64,000 nt of DNA, taken from a virus. How positions within the stretch are numbered: position 1 is the stretch's first letter; each line of letters starts with the position of its first letter. Shown piece after piece: positions 41,676 through 52,834 of the stretch. The position numbers and the translations under genes are program-made. The notes below the pieces were generated by a model. The model was not told where the DNA came from, searched no databases, and saw only the letters and a program-made list of their open reading frames with translations. Where the stretch lies: IMG/VR virus record IMGVR_UViG_3300045988_130750, positions 64,001-128,000 of that record; one strand, written 5' to 3'.

Positions 41676-42887
41676 ATGAATTTTGAAATGACAGGAAAGT
41701 TAAGTATCGGTAAGGAGAGTGAAAAGTTCCATCCTTATCAGGAAAAACAGTTTGATTCTGGTTGGGTACGCAAGCAGTTAATGTTTAATGTAGCTTGCGG
41801 AGACAACAGACACATGATGACTGTTACATCAGGTGCTTTTGCGGATGGTCACGGTGATGTGTACACATTTTCTAAGAGTGGTGTAGATGAAAATGGTAAT
41901 AAGGTTAAGGGTGAATCATTAAAGATTCCATTTAAGGAGAGACTTACATCATCAAAGTTAGCAGAAGTTGCAGAGTTTAAGAAGTTCATCTTCGATCTTG
42001 AAAAGCCAGGTCGTAGATATAAGCTTGAAAAAGCTGCTGAAAAGGTTAAGGAAGGAACAAGTCTTACTGATAAAGAGTTAAAAGAGATTGGTCTTGAGAA
42101 TGAAGCAGATGTAAATGCGGAGCTTGAAAAGAGTAACAAAAGAAGACATGAATTTATTTCAGAATGGGATTTCATCGACTTTATCAAGAAAGTTATTGAT
42201 AGTGGAAAGTATTCTGATAAGAAGTTCTTCATTCGTGGAAATGGTGAGTATCAGTATTCAGACAAGAATCAGAGAGTTTATGAATCATATGTTCCTAATC
42301 GTATTTATCTCGCAGCAGACGATGCAGAAGAGAGTTCAACAGCTACAATTAATATCTTATTTAACTCAGAGAGTTTAGATGATATGAGTGTAGAAGAGAA
42401 GGGTAAGTATTATGTGAATGGATACATGATGGAATATGACAATAATCGTAAGGGTAATATTGCTGTGCCAGTTACAATTACAATTCCAGTTCCTTCAGAT
42501 GATGCTGATGAAAAGGCTAAGAAGAGAGCAGAGTCAATTAAGCATAAATTTATTGTTGATGATGATACGTTCAAGGAATATGGTGCAGTCGTTAATATGC
42601 TTAATGGTGCTCAGAAAACAGAAATTACAGAGGACATGCTTACTGATGAACAGAAGGATGACTTAGAGTGTGGTCTTATTACTATGGATGACATTCGTGC
42701 AGAACTTGGTGGAAGTGTATATGGTGAAAGGATTAGAGAGTATCAGTTCTTAAAGCCAGCAAAGGGATTCACTAAGGGCAGACAAGATACGGTATATACA
42801 GAAGATGATATGGTAATTAAGCCACTTGAAGAGGAGCTTCCAGAAGGAACAGAAGACCTTTTTGAAGATGACGATGATGAACTTTAA
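41676..42887 (+). CDS. putative ssDNA-binding protein with acidic C-terminal tail
   Basis: Strong SD TAAGGAGGATTCATTTA. C-terminal EDLFEDDDDEL resembles SSB tails. First gene of the replication module. Function is inferred. Confidence 0.45.
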   Translation: MNFEMTGKLSIGKESEKFHPYQEKQFDSGWVRKQLMFNVACGDNRHMMTVTSGAFADGHGDVYTFSKSGVDENGNKVKGESLKIPFKERLTSSKLAEVAEFKKFIFDLEKPGRRYKLEKAAEKVKEGTSLTDKELKEIGLENEADVNAELEKSNKRRHEFISEWDFIDFIKKVIDSGKYSDKKFFIRGNGEYQYSDKNQRVYESYVPNRIYLAADDAEESSTATINILFNSESLDDMSVEEKGKYYVNGYMMEYDNNRKGNIAVPVTITIPVPSDDADEKAKKRAESIKHKFIVDDDTFKEYGAVVNMLNGAQKTEITEDMLTDEQKDDLECGLITMDDIRAELGGSVYGERIREYQFLKPAKGFTKGRQDTVYTEDDMVIKPLEEELPEGTEDLFEDDDDEL

Positions 42888-42951
42888 AAGAGATGAGGGC
42901 ATTTTGCCCTCTCTCGATAATAACAAATAGAAATATGGAGGAATTATATTA

Positions 42952-44091
42952 ATGAACAAACCAACATTACAGAGATCGGCAACAGAGATTAATAAGATTA
43001 CAGGATTTATTATGGGAGTTCGTAAGTTTGGTAAGACAAGTTTATGGGCAGATATGATTAATGCCAAATTTGGAAATCCAGAAAAAGGATTGTTAGTATC
43101 TTGTGGTATGGAGCACGGTACTAATATGATTGATAATATTTTTACAACACATGCAAATACATGGAAAGATTTAGTTGAAGTAAAGGATTGGCTTATCAAA
43201 GAAAAGGGTAAAGAGCATGATGTTGAAATGGTATGTTTCGATAGTGCAGAAGAGTTTTTTGGTATTGCAGAATCAGAGGTAATTAGATTATCTATTCTTG
43301 AGAATGGAAAGAAGATTAAATCAATCAAGGCTGCTTATGGTGGATATACAAATGGCGAAAAAGAGTGTGCAAAGTTAGTTAAAAAGTTTCTTAATGACTT
43401 ATATAATGCAGGAATTATGCCTTGGATGATTGGTCACACAAAATTAAAGACAGTAAAAGATAAAGCATCTCTTGACGAAGAGGGATTTCAGAGATTGGGT
43501 TCATCTCTTATTGCGGATTATGAGAGTGCAGTTGCTGATTGTTTTGATATTATTGCAACTGGATTAATTGATAGAGAGATCGAGGAAAAAGGCGAAGGGG
43601 ATAGCACAAAACGTTATGTAAAAGAAACAGAGCGTAGATTATATTTCCGTGGCAATGAAATTGTTGAAGCTGGTGGTAGATTAAAGGATTTATCAATCCC
43701 TGAATATATCCCATTTGACCAGTTAAATATGGGACAGACATTTATTGATACAATTGAGACTGCATTAAAGAATGGTCGTGTCGATTCTGTTTCCACCAAG
43801 AAGCCTGCACCTAAGAAGGTAACACCAGTTAAGGAAGAAAAGGTTGCTAAACCTGACCCTATTGAGGAAGACGATATTGATGATATCGACACACCCGTAG
43901 AGGATACAATTGAAGAGACAACAGAAACTTCTGCATATCCAGATGATTTAGATGCTGTTATTCGTAAGATGTACAAGGAGTGCAAAGATGCAGAACTAAA
44001 GGCATCTGTTAAGAATGTAATTGCTGAGTATGGCAAGCTTAATGATGTCGATGAGGACGGATTAAAGAGAATCTACGACATGATGAACTAA
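42952..44091 (+). CDS. P-loop ATPase (AAA_24 / Sak4-like) with acidic C-terminal region
   Basis: Walker A-like GVRKFGKTS near the N-terminus. Located in the replication module. Confidence 0.5.
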   Translation: MNKPTLQRSATEINKITGFIMGVRKFGKTSLWADMINAKFGNPEKGLLVSCGMEHGTNMIDNIFTTHANTWKDLVEVKDWLIKEKGKEHDVEMVCFDSAEEFFGIAESEVIRLSILENGKKIKSIKAAYGGYTNGEKECAKLVKKFLNDLYNAGIMPWMIGHTKLKTVKDKASLDEEGFQRLGSSLIADYESAVADCFDIIATGLIDREIEEKGEGDSTKRYVKETERRLYFRGNEIVEAGGRLKDLSIPEYIPFDQLNMGQTFIDTIETALKNGRVDSVSTKKPAPKKVTPVKEEKVAKPDPIEEDDIDDIDTPVEDTIEETTETSAYPDDLDAVIRKMYKECKDAELKASVKNVIAEYGKLNDVDEDGLKRIYDMMN

Positions 44092-44103
44092 AAGGAGTAA
44101 CAC

Positions 44104-44583
44104 ATGCTGGTTAAATGTAGACTGTGTGGTACTAAAGTAGATAGAAATGAAGCATTCAAAGTGGTAGTAGGTGGCAAAAACACCTACTATTGCAATGAAG
44201 CTGAATATCAGAAAGTATTGCACGAAAAGGAAGTAAAAGATAATACATACGAATGTATTAATCAGATATTTGGATATAAAGTTTTAAATTCCGCTTTGTT
44301 CAAAGAGATAAATCTTTTATTAGATGTGTATTCTTATGAACATATTTTGGCATATCTAACAGAGAATAAAGAGTATATAACAAGGGTTCTTGAAAAGGAT
44401 TTTGTAAGTGAATATGCAAAAATTCGGTATTTCGCTGCAATACTTAAAAATAATTTGACTGACTTTAAAATGAAAGAGTCTGAAAAACCGAGAGAAGTTG
44501 AGGTTGATATGCCAATTATGAATTATAAGAGAAGAAATAAACGTAGAAGTTTATCTGAAATTGAAGAAAGCGTAGGTGATTAA
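44104..44583 (+). CDS. zinc-ribbon protein, possible helicase accessory factor
   Basis: CRLCGTKV...YYCNEAEY. Overlaps the DnaB start by 8 nt. Confidence 0.5.
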   Translation: MLVKCRLCGTKVDRNEAFKVVVGGKNTYYCNEAEYQKVLHEKEVKDNTYECINQIFGYKVLNSALFKEINLLLDVYSYEHILAYLTENKEYITRVLEKDFVSEYAKIRYFAAILKNNLTDFKMKESEKPREVEVDMPIMNYKRRNKRRSLSEIEESVGD

Positions 44584-46135
44584 CATAAGTGAATTTATTA
44601 CAGGTGTAAAAGAAAAATATCCTGCTCAATTATTAAAAGGTAGAATTGAGTATGAAGGTAATGTTATCAGTTGTTTTTTCAAGGATATGCTTCTGCTTGA
44701 TGATACAACATTTGAACAAAAAGATTTTATTACAGCAGATGGTCTTTTTTATTTTTCATTGTTAAAAAATCTGAGAAAAAAAGGGTTTTATTCCTTAGAT
44801 GAGATAACCATCTTATCAAATATGAATGAAGAAGTTATTGAGAAATTTGAGGATAGAGGTGGTTGGGATACAATTCAACACCAAATTGACATTATCAATA
44901 CTCAGAATTTTGATACATATATAGATATTCTTTATAGAGAGAATATTATGTTGAATATGTATAAGGATGGTTTCAATCTTTTGCAGGAAATAACTGTGGG
45001 AGATAAAAAGGTAATACCTCTGAAATTGTTCAGAAAAATGACGGCTGAAGAAGTAACAGATTGGTATGAAGCTCGTATATCTAGTTATGGAACTGGTTAT
45101 AACAGTAAAATACTTGAAGAGGAAGAGATTGATTTTGACGATGAATTCATAGAGTCCTGTAAAGATGGCGAAGAAAATGGTGTACCATTTGATATTGCTG
45201 GTTATGATAAAAATGGTGAAGAAATGAATTGCTTCCCGTTTTTATCACGACAGATTATGGGATTGCTTGAAGGGACACTTACAATGATGGGTGGGTTCTC
45301 AAGTGCAGGTAAATCTACTTGGTGGATTACAATTCTTATGGCACTTCTGCATTATGATCGAAAAATTCTTATTATCTCCAATGAGGAGAATATCAAAAAA
45401 TTCAAGATTAAATTCATGGTTTGGTTGCTTGGAAAACGTAATAGATATTTTAAACTCACAAAGAAGAAAATGGCATCTGGTGATATTAATGCCGAAAGTA
45501 GAGAGCAATTGACAGATGTACAGAAATTTTGGAGAGAGAATTATAAGGGTAGAGTTAAATTTATTTCTATCAATGATGCTGATATGCGAGTTGTAAAGAA
45601 AAAAATTCGTGAAAATGTATTGAGATATGGATATGACACTGTATTATATGACACATTTAAGATACAAGAAGGAGATTTTTCATCTGCAAGGCAAGACTTA
45701 TCTCTCGTAAGAGACAGTCGTGAATTAGATAAATTAGCAAAGAAATACAATCTGATTATGCTTGCTTCTGTGCAGTTAGCAGAGTATATGAAAGGAAAGC
45801 TATTCTTGGATGCAAGCTGTTTGAGTAATGCTAAACAGATTAAGGAAATATTGGAAAATCTATTCCTCATGAGAACTGTATACGCAGAGGAATTGGATGA
45901 AAAGAGTAAATTCTATTGTCGTCCATTTCGACTAAAAAAGGTCAATGATAAATGGATAGAAGAAGAGTATAAACCTGATCCTAATGCCGTATGGCGTATG
46001 GTTTTTGTTGAGAAAACAAGAAATGGCAACAATTCCAGTGATACAGGTGTTGCTTATCTTTTGAAGTTTTCAGGCGACCATTGCATTTTCAGAGAGACTT
46101 GCCAGTGTAGACCCCGACATGGAGAAATAAAATAA
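44576..46135 (+). CDS. dnaB: DnaB-family replicative DNA helicase
   Basis: Walker A GGFSSAGKSTWW followed by a RecA-like core (ILIISNEE, MLASVQL). Size and context fit DnaB. Confidence 0.75.
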   Translation: MINISEFITGVKEKYPAQLLKGRIEYEGNVISCFFKDMLLLDDTTFEQKDFITADGLFYFSLLKNLRKKGFYSLDEITILSNMNEEVIEKFEDRGGWDTIQHQIDIINTQNFDTYIDILYRENIMLNMYKDGFNLLQEITVGDKKVIPLKLFRKMTAEEVTDWYEARISSYGTGYNSKILEEEEIDFDDEFIESCKDGEENGVPFDIAGYDKNGEEMNCFPFLSRQIMGLLEGTLTMMGGFSSAGKSTWWITILMALLHYDRKILIISNEENIKKFKIKFMVWLLGKRNRYFKLTKKKMASGDINAESREQLTDVQKFWRENYKGRVKFISINDADMRVVKKKIRENVLRYGYDTVLYDTFKIQEGDFSSARQDLSLVRDSRELDKLAKKYNLIMLASVQLAEYMKGKLFLDASCLSNAKQIKEILENLFLMRTVYAEELDEKSKFYCRPFRLKKVNDKWIEEEYKPDPNAVWRMVFVEKTRNGNNSSDTGVAYLLKFSGDHCIFRETCQCRPRHGEIK

Positions 46136-46153
46136 TAACTTTTGGAGTGATAT

Positions 46154-47182
46154 ATGTTAGCAGATATTAAGAAAGAACTGATAAATCACCCAGATAAGCT
46201 TAAAGATGTATTAGAACATTTTGGCTATTGTAACATAGTAATTCGTCCTAAATATATATCTCTTGGACGAGATGAGAAGTCATCAAAGAAAAGTATAGTA
46301 ATCAATCTCGAAAACAACGAGTATTTGTATACCATTGATTATGCGAGAAATATAAGAAAAGATATTTTTTCGTATATTATTGAGCAAAGAAAAGTTGAAT
46401 TTATAGATGTACTTAATGAAGTAAGACATGCATTAGGGATTACAGATTATTATGATTTCTTTGATAACAAAGGAATTTTTGGAGGATTTTATGAAAAGAT
46501 TAGAAAGCGAAGAACTAATAAAGTCAATACATATGATGATTCCATCTTAGATTGCTATGTTAATTGTGGGAATATAAGGTTTCTTGCTGATAATATATCG
46601 CTTCTTTCACAAAAATTTTTTAAAATAAAGTATGATGTAGAATCACAAGGAATTGTTATTCCCATAAGAAATCAATTTGGACAGTTAATGGGTGTTAAGG
46701 AACGATTCAATTATGATGTTCCTGATGGTGAAATGAAATATTTTTATGCTGTTCCTTGCAGCATGAGCCAAACATTATTTGGATATTCTCAGAATTATGA
46801 ATTTTTAGTAGATAATACTATCTATATCTTTGAGGCTGAGAAGAGTTGTATGCAGTGCTATTCATACGGAATAAGAAATTGCGTATCTCTTGGAAGCGGA
46901 TCTATTTCTATTCAACAAGTCAAAATGCTTCTCGAATTAAATCCCAAACGAATAATCTTCCTACATGATGTAGGATATGGACTTGAAAATATTATGAGAA
47001 ATATTGATATGGTCAAAAATTATTCCAGGTTTACAGAAGTTGAACTTGGATATTGGAGTTACTTCGGTCGAGGATATGAGAATAAAGTTTCGCCATCTGA
47101 TTTAGGAAAAGAATGTTTAGAAAATATTTTACAAAATGAGATAACAATGATTGGAGATGAGGATGACGAAGACGAATTATAA
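46154..47182 (+). CDS. Toprim-domain DNA primase
   Basis: IYIFEAEKSCMQ (Toprim Glu) and IIFLHDVGYG (acidic cluster). Sits between the helicase and the RecJ-like gene. Confidence 0.55.
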   Translation: MLADIKKELINHPDKLKDVLEHFGYCNIVIRPKYISLGRDEKSSKKSIVINLENNEYLYTIDYARNIRKDIFSYIIEQRKVEFIDVLNEVRHALGITDYYDFFDNKGIFGGFYEKIRKRRTNKVNTYDDSILDCYVNCGNIRFLADNISLLSQKFFKIKYDVESQGIVIPIRNQFGQLMGVKERFNYDVPDGEMKYFYAVPCSMSQTLFGYSQNYEFLVDNTIYIFEAEKSCMQCYSYGIRNCVSLGSGSISIQQVKMLLELNPKRIIFLHDVGYGLENIMRNIDMVKNYSRFTEVELGYWSYFGRGYENKVSPSDLGKECLENILQNEITMIGDEDDEDEL

Positions 47183-48767
47183 AATATTAAACGATTGTCG
47201 TGGGATGTATGAAGATGAAGTATTTGATACGATTCTTAATCAAAGAGGGATCGAAAATGTTGAACATTTTTTAAATCCAACAGAAGAAGATTTATTACCA
47301 TTAGATTCATTATATCGTATAGATGAAGCATATCAAAGAGTAGACTTTGCAATTACAAACAATGAATGTATAGGAATTTTGTTTGATACCGATTTAGACG
47401 GTATTACTTCTGGAACAGAAATGACAAGATATCTAAGGCATTTTACTACAAACATTAAGACTTATATAGATGAAGGTAAAATGCATGGTTTGATAGGACA
47501 AGATTTAGATCAGTTCAATGGAATTGATTTATTGATTATTGTAGATAGCTTGGATAAAGATGTCTCTCAATATAGAAAACTTAAAGAAATGGGAATAGAC
47601 ACAATTATCCTTGATCATCATGCAATTAAAGAGAATGAATCATATGATGAAGTTTCAATTTTAGTATCTTCACAAAGGAATTATGAGAATCCACAATTAT
47701 CAGGAGCAGGTGTTGTATGGAAGTTTTGCAAATATCTTGATGAACAATATATTACAGATTATGCAGATGAACTTATTGATTTAGCAGCTTGTGGAATCGT
47801 TGGAGATATGATGGATATGACTGTTATGGAGAATAGATATATTGTCTCTAAGGGATTGGAGAAAATATATAATCCAGCAGTTAAAAAGATAGTTGGGGGA
47901 TTTGAATTTAATAGTACAGCTATTGCTTTTAGTATTGCTCCGATTGTAAATGCCAGCAACCGTATGGGTAAGAATGATGTGGCAATGAAAGCTTTTTTGG
48001 AAGATGAAAATAAGAAAGTATTGGCTTATGTAAAGGAATTAAAAAAATGTAAGGAAGATCAGAATATTGAAGTTAATAGATTGTTACCAGATGTATTGGA
48101 ACAATGCAACTCACAGTCAGATAAAAAAATAATTATTACATATATAGATACTCCATATGGTATCAGTGGTTTATTGGGTAACAAATTACTAGAAAAGTAT
48201 CAAAAACCAATCCTTGTATTGAAAGATACAGGAGAAAATTACTCTGGTTCTATGAGGGCTGTAGGAGTGGATGACTTTAGAAAAATATGTAATGAGAGTG
48301 GTTTAGCAAAATGTGATGGTCATGAACTTGCGGCAGGAATCACAATTGAAAAATCTGATATAGATAGATTTGCATTATATATAGAAGAAACTCTTCCAGA
48401 ATTAAATACTGATGTTTCAGTGGATGTTGATATTCGATTAGATGTTTCTGATATTACTCGTAAGCTTGTGGAGAATATAAAGAAGATAGATAGAATATCT
48501 GGAACAAATTTCAAACCAGTAAAGGTGTTTATCAATGGAATAAATGAATATGAAATTGGACAAATGAGTGATTATAAACACTTGGTTGTAAAACCAAATG
48601 ATTATTTACAGATTATTAAGTGGAATTTTGATGGTTTATTTGATGAAATGGAAGATCATAGCATGATGAACGATGAATTAGAGGTTGTATGTACTCTTGA
48701 TAGTGGCTTTCTGGGTAGAAAATTTGTTCTAAAAGCAGTGTGTGATGAGATTAAGGAGGTGGCTTGA
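47163..48767 (+). CDS. recJ: RecJ-like DHH-family ssDNA exonuclease
   Basis: FDTDLDGITSG, IILDHHA and DGHELAAG (DHHA1). ATG 47163 follows TTGGAGATGAGG. Confidence 0.75.
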   Translation: MTKTNYKILNDCRGMYEDEVFDTILNQRGIENVEHFLNPTEEDLLPLDSLYRIDEAYQRVDFAITNNECIGILFDTDLDGITSGTEMTRYLRHFTTNIKTYIDEGKMHGLIGQDLDQFNGIDLLIIVDSLDKDVSQYRKLKEMGIDTIILDHHAIKENESYDEVSILVSSQRNYENPQLSGAGVVWKFCKYLDEQYITDYADELIDLAACGIVGDMMDMTVMENRYIVSKGLEKIYNPAVKKIVGGFEFNSTAIAFSIAPIVNASNRMGKNDVAMKAFLEDENKKVLAYVKELKKCKEDQNIEVNRLLPDVLEQCNSQSDKKIIITYIDTPYGISGLLGNKLLEKYQKPILVLKDTGENYSGSMRAVGVDDFRKICNESGLAKCDGHELAAGITIEKSDIDRFALYIEETLPELNTDVSVDVDIRLDVSDITRKLVENIKKIDRISGTNFKPVKVFINGINEYEIGQMSDYKHLVVKPNDYLQIIKWNFDGLFDEMEDHSMMNDELEVVCTLDSGFLGRKFVLKAVCDEIKEVA

Positions 48768-51700
48768 TATTTCGGACATTGAATTAATAAAAAAAATAAT
48801 TCCTACTCTTACATTTAAATTTCCATATTCACCAGAAGAATATGAAAAGAATCTATATCTTGAAAACTATCATTGTCATAAAGATTTTAGTAATACATCT
48901 ACACCAGATTGTGCTGAATCTATTAATGCATATGCAGAAAGAATTCATGAATTTGGTGCAAAATGTTTATATTCTGGTGAACATGGTTCGCAAGGCAATC
49001 AGTTTCAAGTATATAAGGTCGCAGAGAGTGAACATCTGAAATATATTCATTCTTCTGAAGTTTATTGGGTAAAAGATAGGAAAGAGAAAGATAGAGCAAA
49101 TTGCCATATGATTATTGCAGCTAAAAATGCTGAAGGTCGTGGAGATATTAATTTTGCTTTATCAATGGCTAATATAGACGGATATTATTATAAGCCACGT
49201 ATTGATTTGGAGTTACTATTTAATATTCCTAAAGATAACGTGATTGTAACATCTGCTTGTGTTGCTGGATGGAATTATGAGAATGCAGAAGATATATGGT
49301 TAAAAGTACATAAATATTTTGGTGACAATTTCTTTTTAGAAGTGCAGTATCATAATACAGACAAACAAAAGGAATTGAATAAAAAGATATTAAGAATTGC
49401 AAAAGAGCATAATATCCAGATTATTTGTGGTCTTGATAGTCATTATGTAAAAGATGAGAATTCAATCAAGCGTGATCAGATTCTTAAATATAAGAATATT
49501 AATTATCCTGACGAGGAAGGATGGTATCTTGATTATCCAGATACTAAGACTGTTATAAAAAGATTTGAAGAACAAGGAATCTTGAATAGGGAAGAAATAT
49601 ATAAGGCAATTATGAATACGAATGTTTTTGTATCTGAGTGTGAAGAAATTGTTCTTGATAGAAAATTTAAGATTCCTAGTGTTTATAAGGATAAAACATA
49701 TAAAGAAAAATGTAAAATCTATAAAGATACTTTGAATAAAGCATATGCCAAAGAAAAGGAAAAGTCTAAAGAAAAAGCAGATGGAATCAGATATGAAGCA
49801 AAACAAGTTATGGAAGCTGGGGTTGTTGATTATTTCTTGACAAGTAAGGCTATTATAGATGATGCAGTTCAAAATGAAGGTGGTATTTTAACAACTACAT
49901 CAAGAGGTAGTGCAGCTTCATTCATTACAAATAAACTTTTAGGATTAACAACCGTTGATAGATTCAATGCTGATATTCCAATTTATCCTGAAAGATTCTT
50001 AACTAAAGAACGTGTATTGGCAGGTCAGATGCCAGATATAGACTTGAATGTTGCCACACAAGAACCATTTGTTAAAGCAGCAAGAAAATTACTTGGTGAA
50101 CATGGTTGTTATCCTTTGATGGCAATAGAAAAATTGAAAGAAAAAGCAGCATGGCAGTTATACGCAGGTGCAAATGATGTTAAACCTGAAGATGCCAATC
50201 AGATTTCAAAATATCTTGATGAATATAACAAAGCTTTGAAATATGCCGATGATGATGAAAAAGAGGATATTCATGTTGAAGATTACATACCAGAAGAATA
50301 TATCTCTTTATTCAAACAAAGTAATGAATATCAAGGTATTACTATTAACTTAAAAGTACATGCTTGTGGACATTTTATTTTTGATGGTGATATACGAAGA
50401 GAAGTAGGGCTGATAAGTGCCGTGTCTGAATCAACTGGTAAAAGAACAGTATGTGCAGCTATTGAGGGTGGTTATCTTGATGAATTTGGATATGTCAAAG
50501 AGGATTTTCTTATTGTAGATAGTGTTTATCTCACATATAAATTCTTCCATAGTATCGGTATGGAAGTTCCTACCTTTGATGAACTAAGACATATGATAGA
50601 CAATGATAAAAAGACATGGGATATTTATGCGAATGGTATAACTTGTTGTGTCAATCAATGTGAAAAAGAAGCCACGACTAATCGTGTAAAAAAATATAAG
50701 CCACAGAATTTGGCTGAATTAAGTAGTTTTATTGCAGCGATTAGACCTGGTTTTGCATCATTACTTAGCACATTCTTAAATCGTGAACCTTATACAACAG
50801 GTGAAAAAAAGATTGATGACCTATTATCTGACACTGCCCACTTTATGATTTATCAGGAATCTATTATGAAAGTTCTTTCATTCCTGCAATTACAAATGGG
50901 TGAAACATATGGAGTCATTAAATCTATTTCTAAAAAGAAATTAAAGGGCGAAAAGAAAGAACATTTACTTTCTGAGTTAAATCACTCATGGAATGATGAA
51001 TTTGGCAATACAGATAATTTCAAGAATGTATGGAATGTAATTGAGGATTCTGCTAGATACGCCTTCAATTCTCCACATGCTTATTCAATGGGAGGGGACT
51101 CTGCCTATCAAGCTTGGTTCAAAGCACATCACACAAAAACATTTTATGAAGTGGCTATTAACCATTACCAAGAGAAAAATAAAAAGGATAAAATTGATGC
51201 TCTTGTAAAAGAAGCTATTAAATTTTGGGGATATAAATTAGGTGATTATGAATTTGGTGCAGATAATCGAAAGGTTACAATCAACGAAGAGAATAAACTA
51301 ATATATCCTAATCTATCCAGTGTCAAAGGTTTTGGTGAAGGTGTAGTTGATACTTTATATGAATTAGGACAAAAGGAATATGAAACTTTTACAGATGTTT
51401 TGACTGCATTGTTTTCTAATTCAATCAATAAAACCATTGTTAATAAACTTATTAGGATTAATTATTTTAAGAAATATGGGGATGTAAACACTCTACTTGA
51501 AATTACACGATATTATGATCTGCTCAATGGAGCAAAGCAAATTGCAAAAGATAAAGCTGAAAAGAATAATCTACCATTTGATGTTCTTGCAAAGTATGGG
51601 AATGAGACTGCAAAGCAGTTTAATAAACTTGATTCTGGCAAAATTATTAATGAGCTAATTTCAAAAATTCCATATAGAGAATTGACATTAAAAGAAAGAT

Positions 51701-52065
51701 TAGATAACCAACGAGAAGTTCTTGGAATTGTAAGTGATTCAGATCCAAAAGTAAGCAAGCGTTTGTATTATGTATCTGAATTGGATATTAAAAAATCCAT
51801 AGTAAATGTTCACTTGTTTGAAATTTATAGTGGGAAAACAAGAGATGTAAAAATGTGGACAAGTCAGTATAATCGCAACCCATTTGATTTGGGTTCTATT
51901 CTTTACATAATTTCCCTTGAAAAGAAAAATAAAAAAGAGCCAACAGGTGAAATAAATCCACAGACAGGAAAGAAGATTTATAAGGAAGTTCCTGATAAAT
52001 TCGAGTTTTGGTTGAGTAAATTTGCAATTAAGAATGATATTGAGGAGGACGAAGACGATATTTAG
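48742..52065 (+). CDS. dnaE: DNA polymerase III alpha subunit (DnaE-like, PHP domain)
   Basis: 1107-aa ORF. N-terminal PHP histidines (LENYHCHKDFS), a conserved core (MPDIDLN, IRPG, QESIM). The start is uncertain: GTG 48742 and ATG 48745 lack an SD, and ATT 48769 follows AAGGAGG. Confidence 0.8.
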   Translation: MMRLRRWLDISDIELIKKIIPTLTFKFPYSPEEYEKNLYLENYHCHKDFSNTSTPDCAESINAYAERIHEFGAKCLYSGEHGSQGNQFQVYKVAESEHLKYIHSSEVYWVKDRKEKDRANCHMIIAAKNAEGRGDINFALSMANIDGYYYKPRIDLELLFNIPKDNVIVTSACVAGWNYENAEDIWLKVHKYFGDNFFLEVQYHNTDKQKELNKKILRIAKEHNIQIICGLDSHYVKDENSIKRDQILKYKNINYPDEEGWYLDYPDTKTVIKRFEEQGILNREEIYKAIMNTNVFVSECEEIVLDRKFKIPSVYKDKTYKEKCKIYKDTLNKAYAKEKEKSKEKADGIRYEAKQVMEAGVVDYFLTSKAIIDDAVQNEGGILTTTSRGSAASFITNKLLGLTTVDRFNADIPIYPERFLTKERVLAGQMPDIDLNVATQEPFVKAARKLLGEHGCYPLMAIEKLKEKAAWQLYAGANDVKPEDANQISKYLDEYNKALKYADDDEKEDIHVEDYIPEEYISLFKQSNEYQGITINLKVHACGHFIFDGDIRREVGLISAVSESTGKRTVCAAIEGGYLDEFGYVKEDFLIVDSVYLTYKFFHSIGMEVPTFDELRHMIDNDKKTWDIYANGITCCVNQCEKEATTNRVKKYKPQNLAELSSFIAAIRPGFASLLSTFLNREPYTTGEKKIDDLLSDTAHFMIYQESIMKVLSFLQLQMGETYGVIKSISKKKLKGEKKEHLLSELNHSWNDEFGNTDNFKNVWNVIEDSARYAFNSPHAYSMGGDSAYQAWFKAHHTKTFYEVAINHYQEKNKKDKIDALVKEAIKFWGYKLGDYEFGADNRKVTINEENKLIYPNLSSVKGFGEGVVDTLYELGQKEYETFTDVLTALFSNSINKTIVNKLIRINYFKKYGDVNTLLEITRYYDLLNGAKQIAKDKAEKNNLPFDVLAKYGNETAKQFNKLDSGKIINELISKIPYRELTLKERLDNQREVLGIVSDSDPKVSKRLYYVSELDIKKSIVNVHLFEIYSGKTRDVKMWTSQYNRNPFDLGSILYIISLEKKNKKEPTGEINPQTGKKIYKEVPDKFEFWLSKFAIKNDIEEDEDDI

Positions 52066-52090
52066 CAAGTACAAATATACAGATAAGGAG

Positions 52091-52588
52091 ATGGAAGAGT
52101 TAATATCTTCCATCATAATCCTTATAGATACTCGTGAGAAAGTAAACTCTCACATTACAGATTATTTTGATAGAAAAGAAATTTCTTATAAGAAGAAAGC
52201 TCTTGACTATGGTGATTATAGTTTCATGATTCCTGCTAACGAGAAGTTATCAATACCTCGTGATTTGTATTTTAATACCACTTGCGTAATTGAACGAAAA
52301 GCAAGTCTCGAAGAAATTAGCAATAATTTAACAAAAGAGCGTGATAGATTTGAAAAAGAATTATGCCTTGCACCAAAGACTAAAGTGTTACTAATTGAAA
52401 ATGCTTCTTATGAGGATATTGCCACAGGTAATTATGATACAAAGTATAATCGGAAATCTTTTATAGCATCTATTCATAGTTTTTGGTTCAAGTATAATAT
52501 TCCAGTTATGTTTATGCCAAACAATCAATATTCTGGCTTATTCATTCGTGAATACTTTGAATATTTCTTAAAGAATTACCTTCGATAG
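52091..52588 (+). CDS. ERCC4-type (XPF/Mus81-like) nuclease
   Basis: LIDTREK ... DYGDYSF ... VIERKASLEEISNNL are the ERCC4 motifs (D.RE, GDY, ERK). The start is ambiguous between 52022 and 52091. Confidence 0.65.
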   Translation: MEELISSIIILIDTREKVNSHITDYFDRKEISYKKKALDYGDYSFMIPANEKLSIPRDLYFNTTCVIERKASLEEISNNLTKERDRFEKELCLAPKTKVLLIENASYEDIATGNYDTKYNRKSFIASIHSFWFKYNIPVMFMPNNQYSGLFIREYFEYFLKNYLR

Positions 52589-52618
52589 AGAGAATAATAC
52601 AGTAGGAGGTAACAATCT

Positions 52619-52834
52619 ATGAAAATTCTAACACGATTATTTACGAAAAATCTCACAAGAATTCCTCTAATATGGATTACGTTCAATTGGAAACTTTTCA
52701 AAGAACATGGTGCAAAAGGTTCTTGTACGTGCAACATTCATCCTTGCTTAAAGGATGATGAGCATATCATTTCTACTATGAATGAACTGTGTGATTATAT
52801 CAGAGAGAATTATGATATGGAGGATATTATATGA
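52619..52834 (+). CDS. hypothetical protein
   Basis: ATG follows TAGGAGGTAACAATCT. Confidence 0.6.
   Translation: MKILTRLFTKNLTRIPLIWITFNWKLFKEHGAKGSCTCNIHPCLKDDEHIISTMNELCDYIRENYDMEDII

Noticed and set aside
42750-44036. Long minus-strand track ORFs (42750..43328, 192 aa; 43614..44036, 140 aa) antisense to the SSB-like and AAA ATPase genes
   Set aside because: Their translations are Ser/Leu/Ile-rich with no motifs and no SD. They lie inside well-supported + strand genes, which is the typical pattern for antisense ORFs in AT-rich coding DNA. The same reasoning applies to the other minus-strand track ORFs, except the XRE gene at 7563.
48742-48771. Possible ATT initiation codon (48769) for Pol III alpha, 9 nt after AAGGAGG
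   Set aside because: The SD-like sequence is also the coding sequence of the RecJ-like C-terminus (IKEVA). GTG 48742 and ATG 48745 are canonical in-frame alternatives. This cannot be decided from sequence alone.
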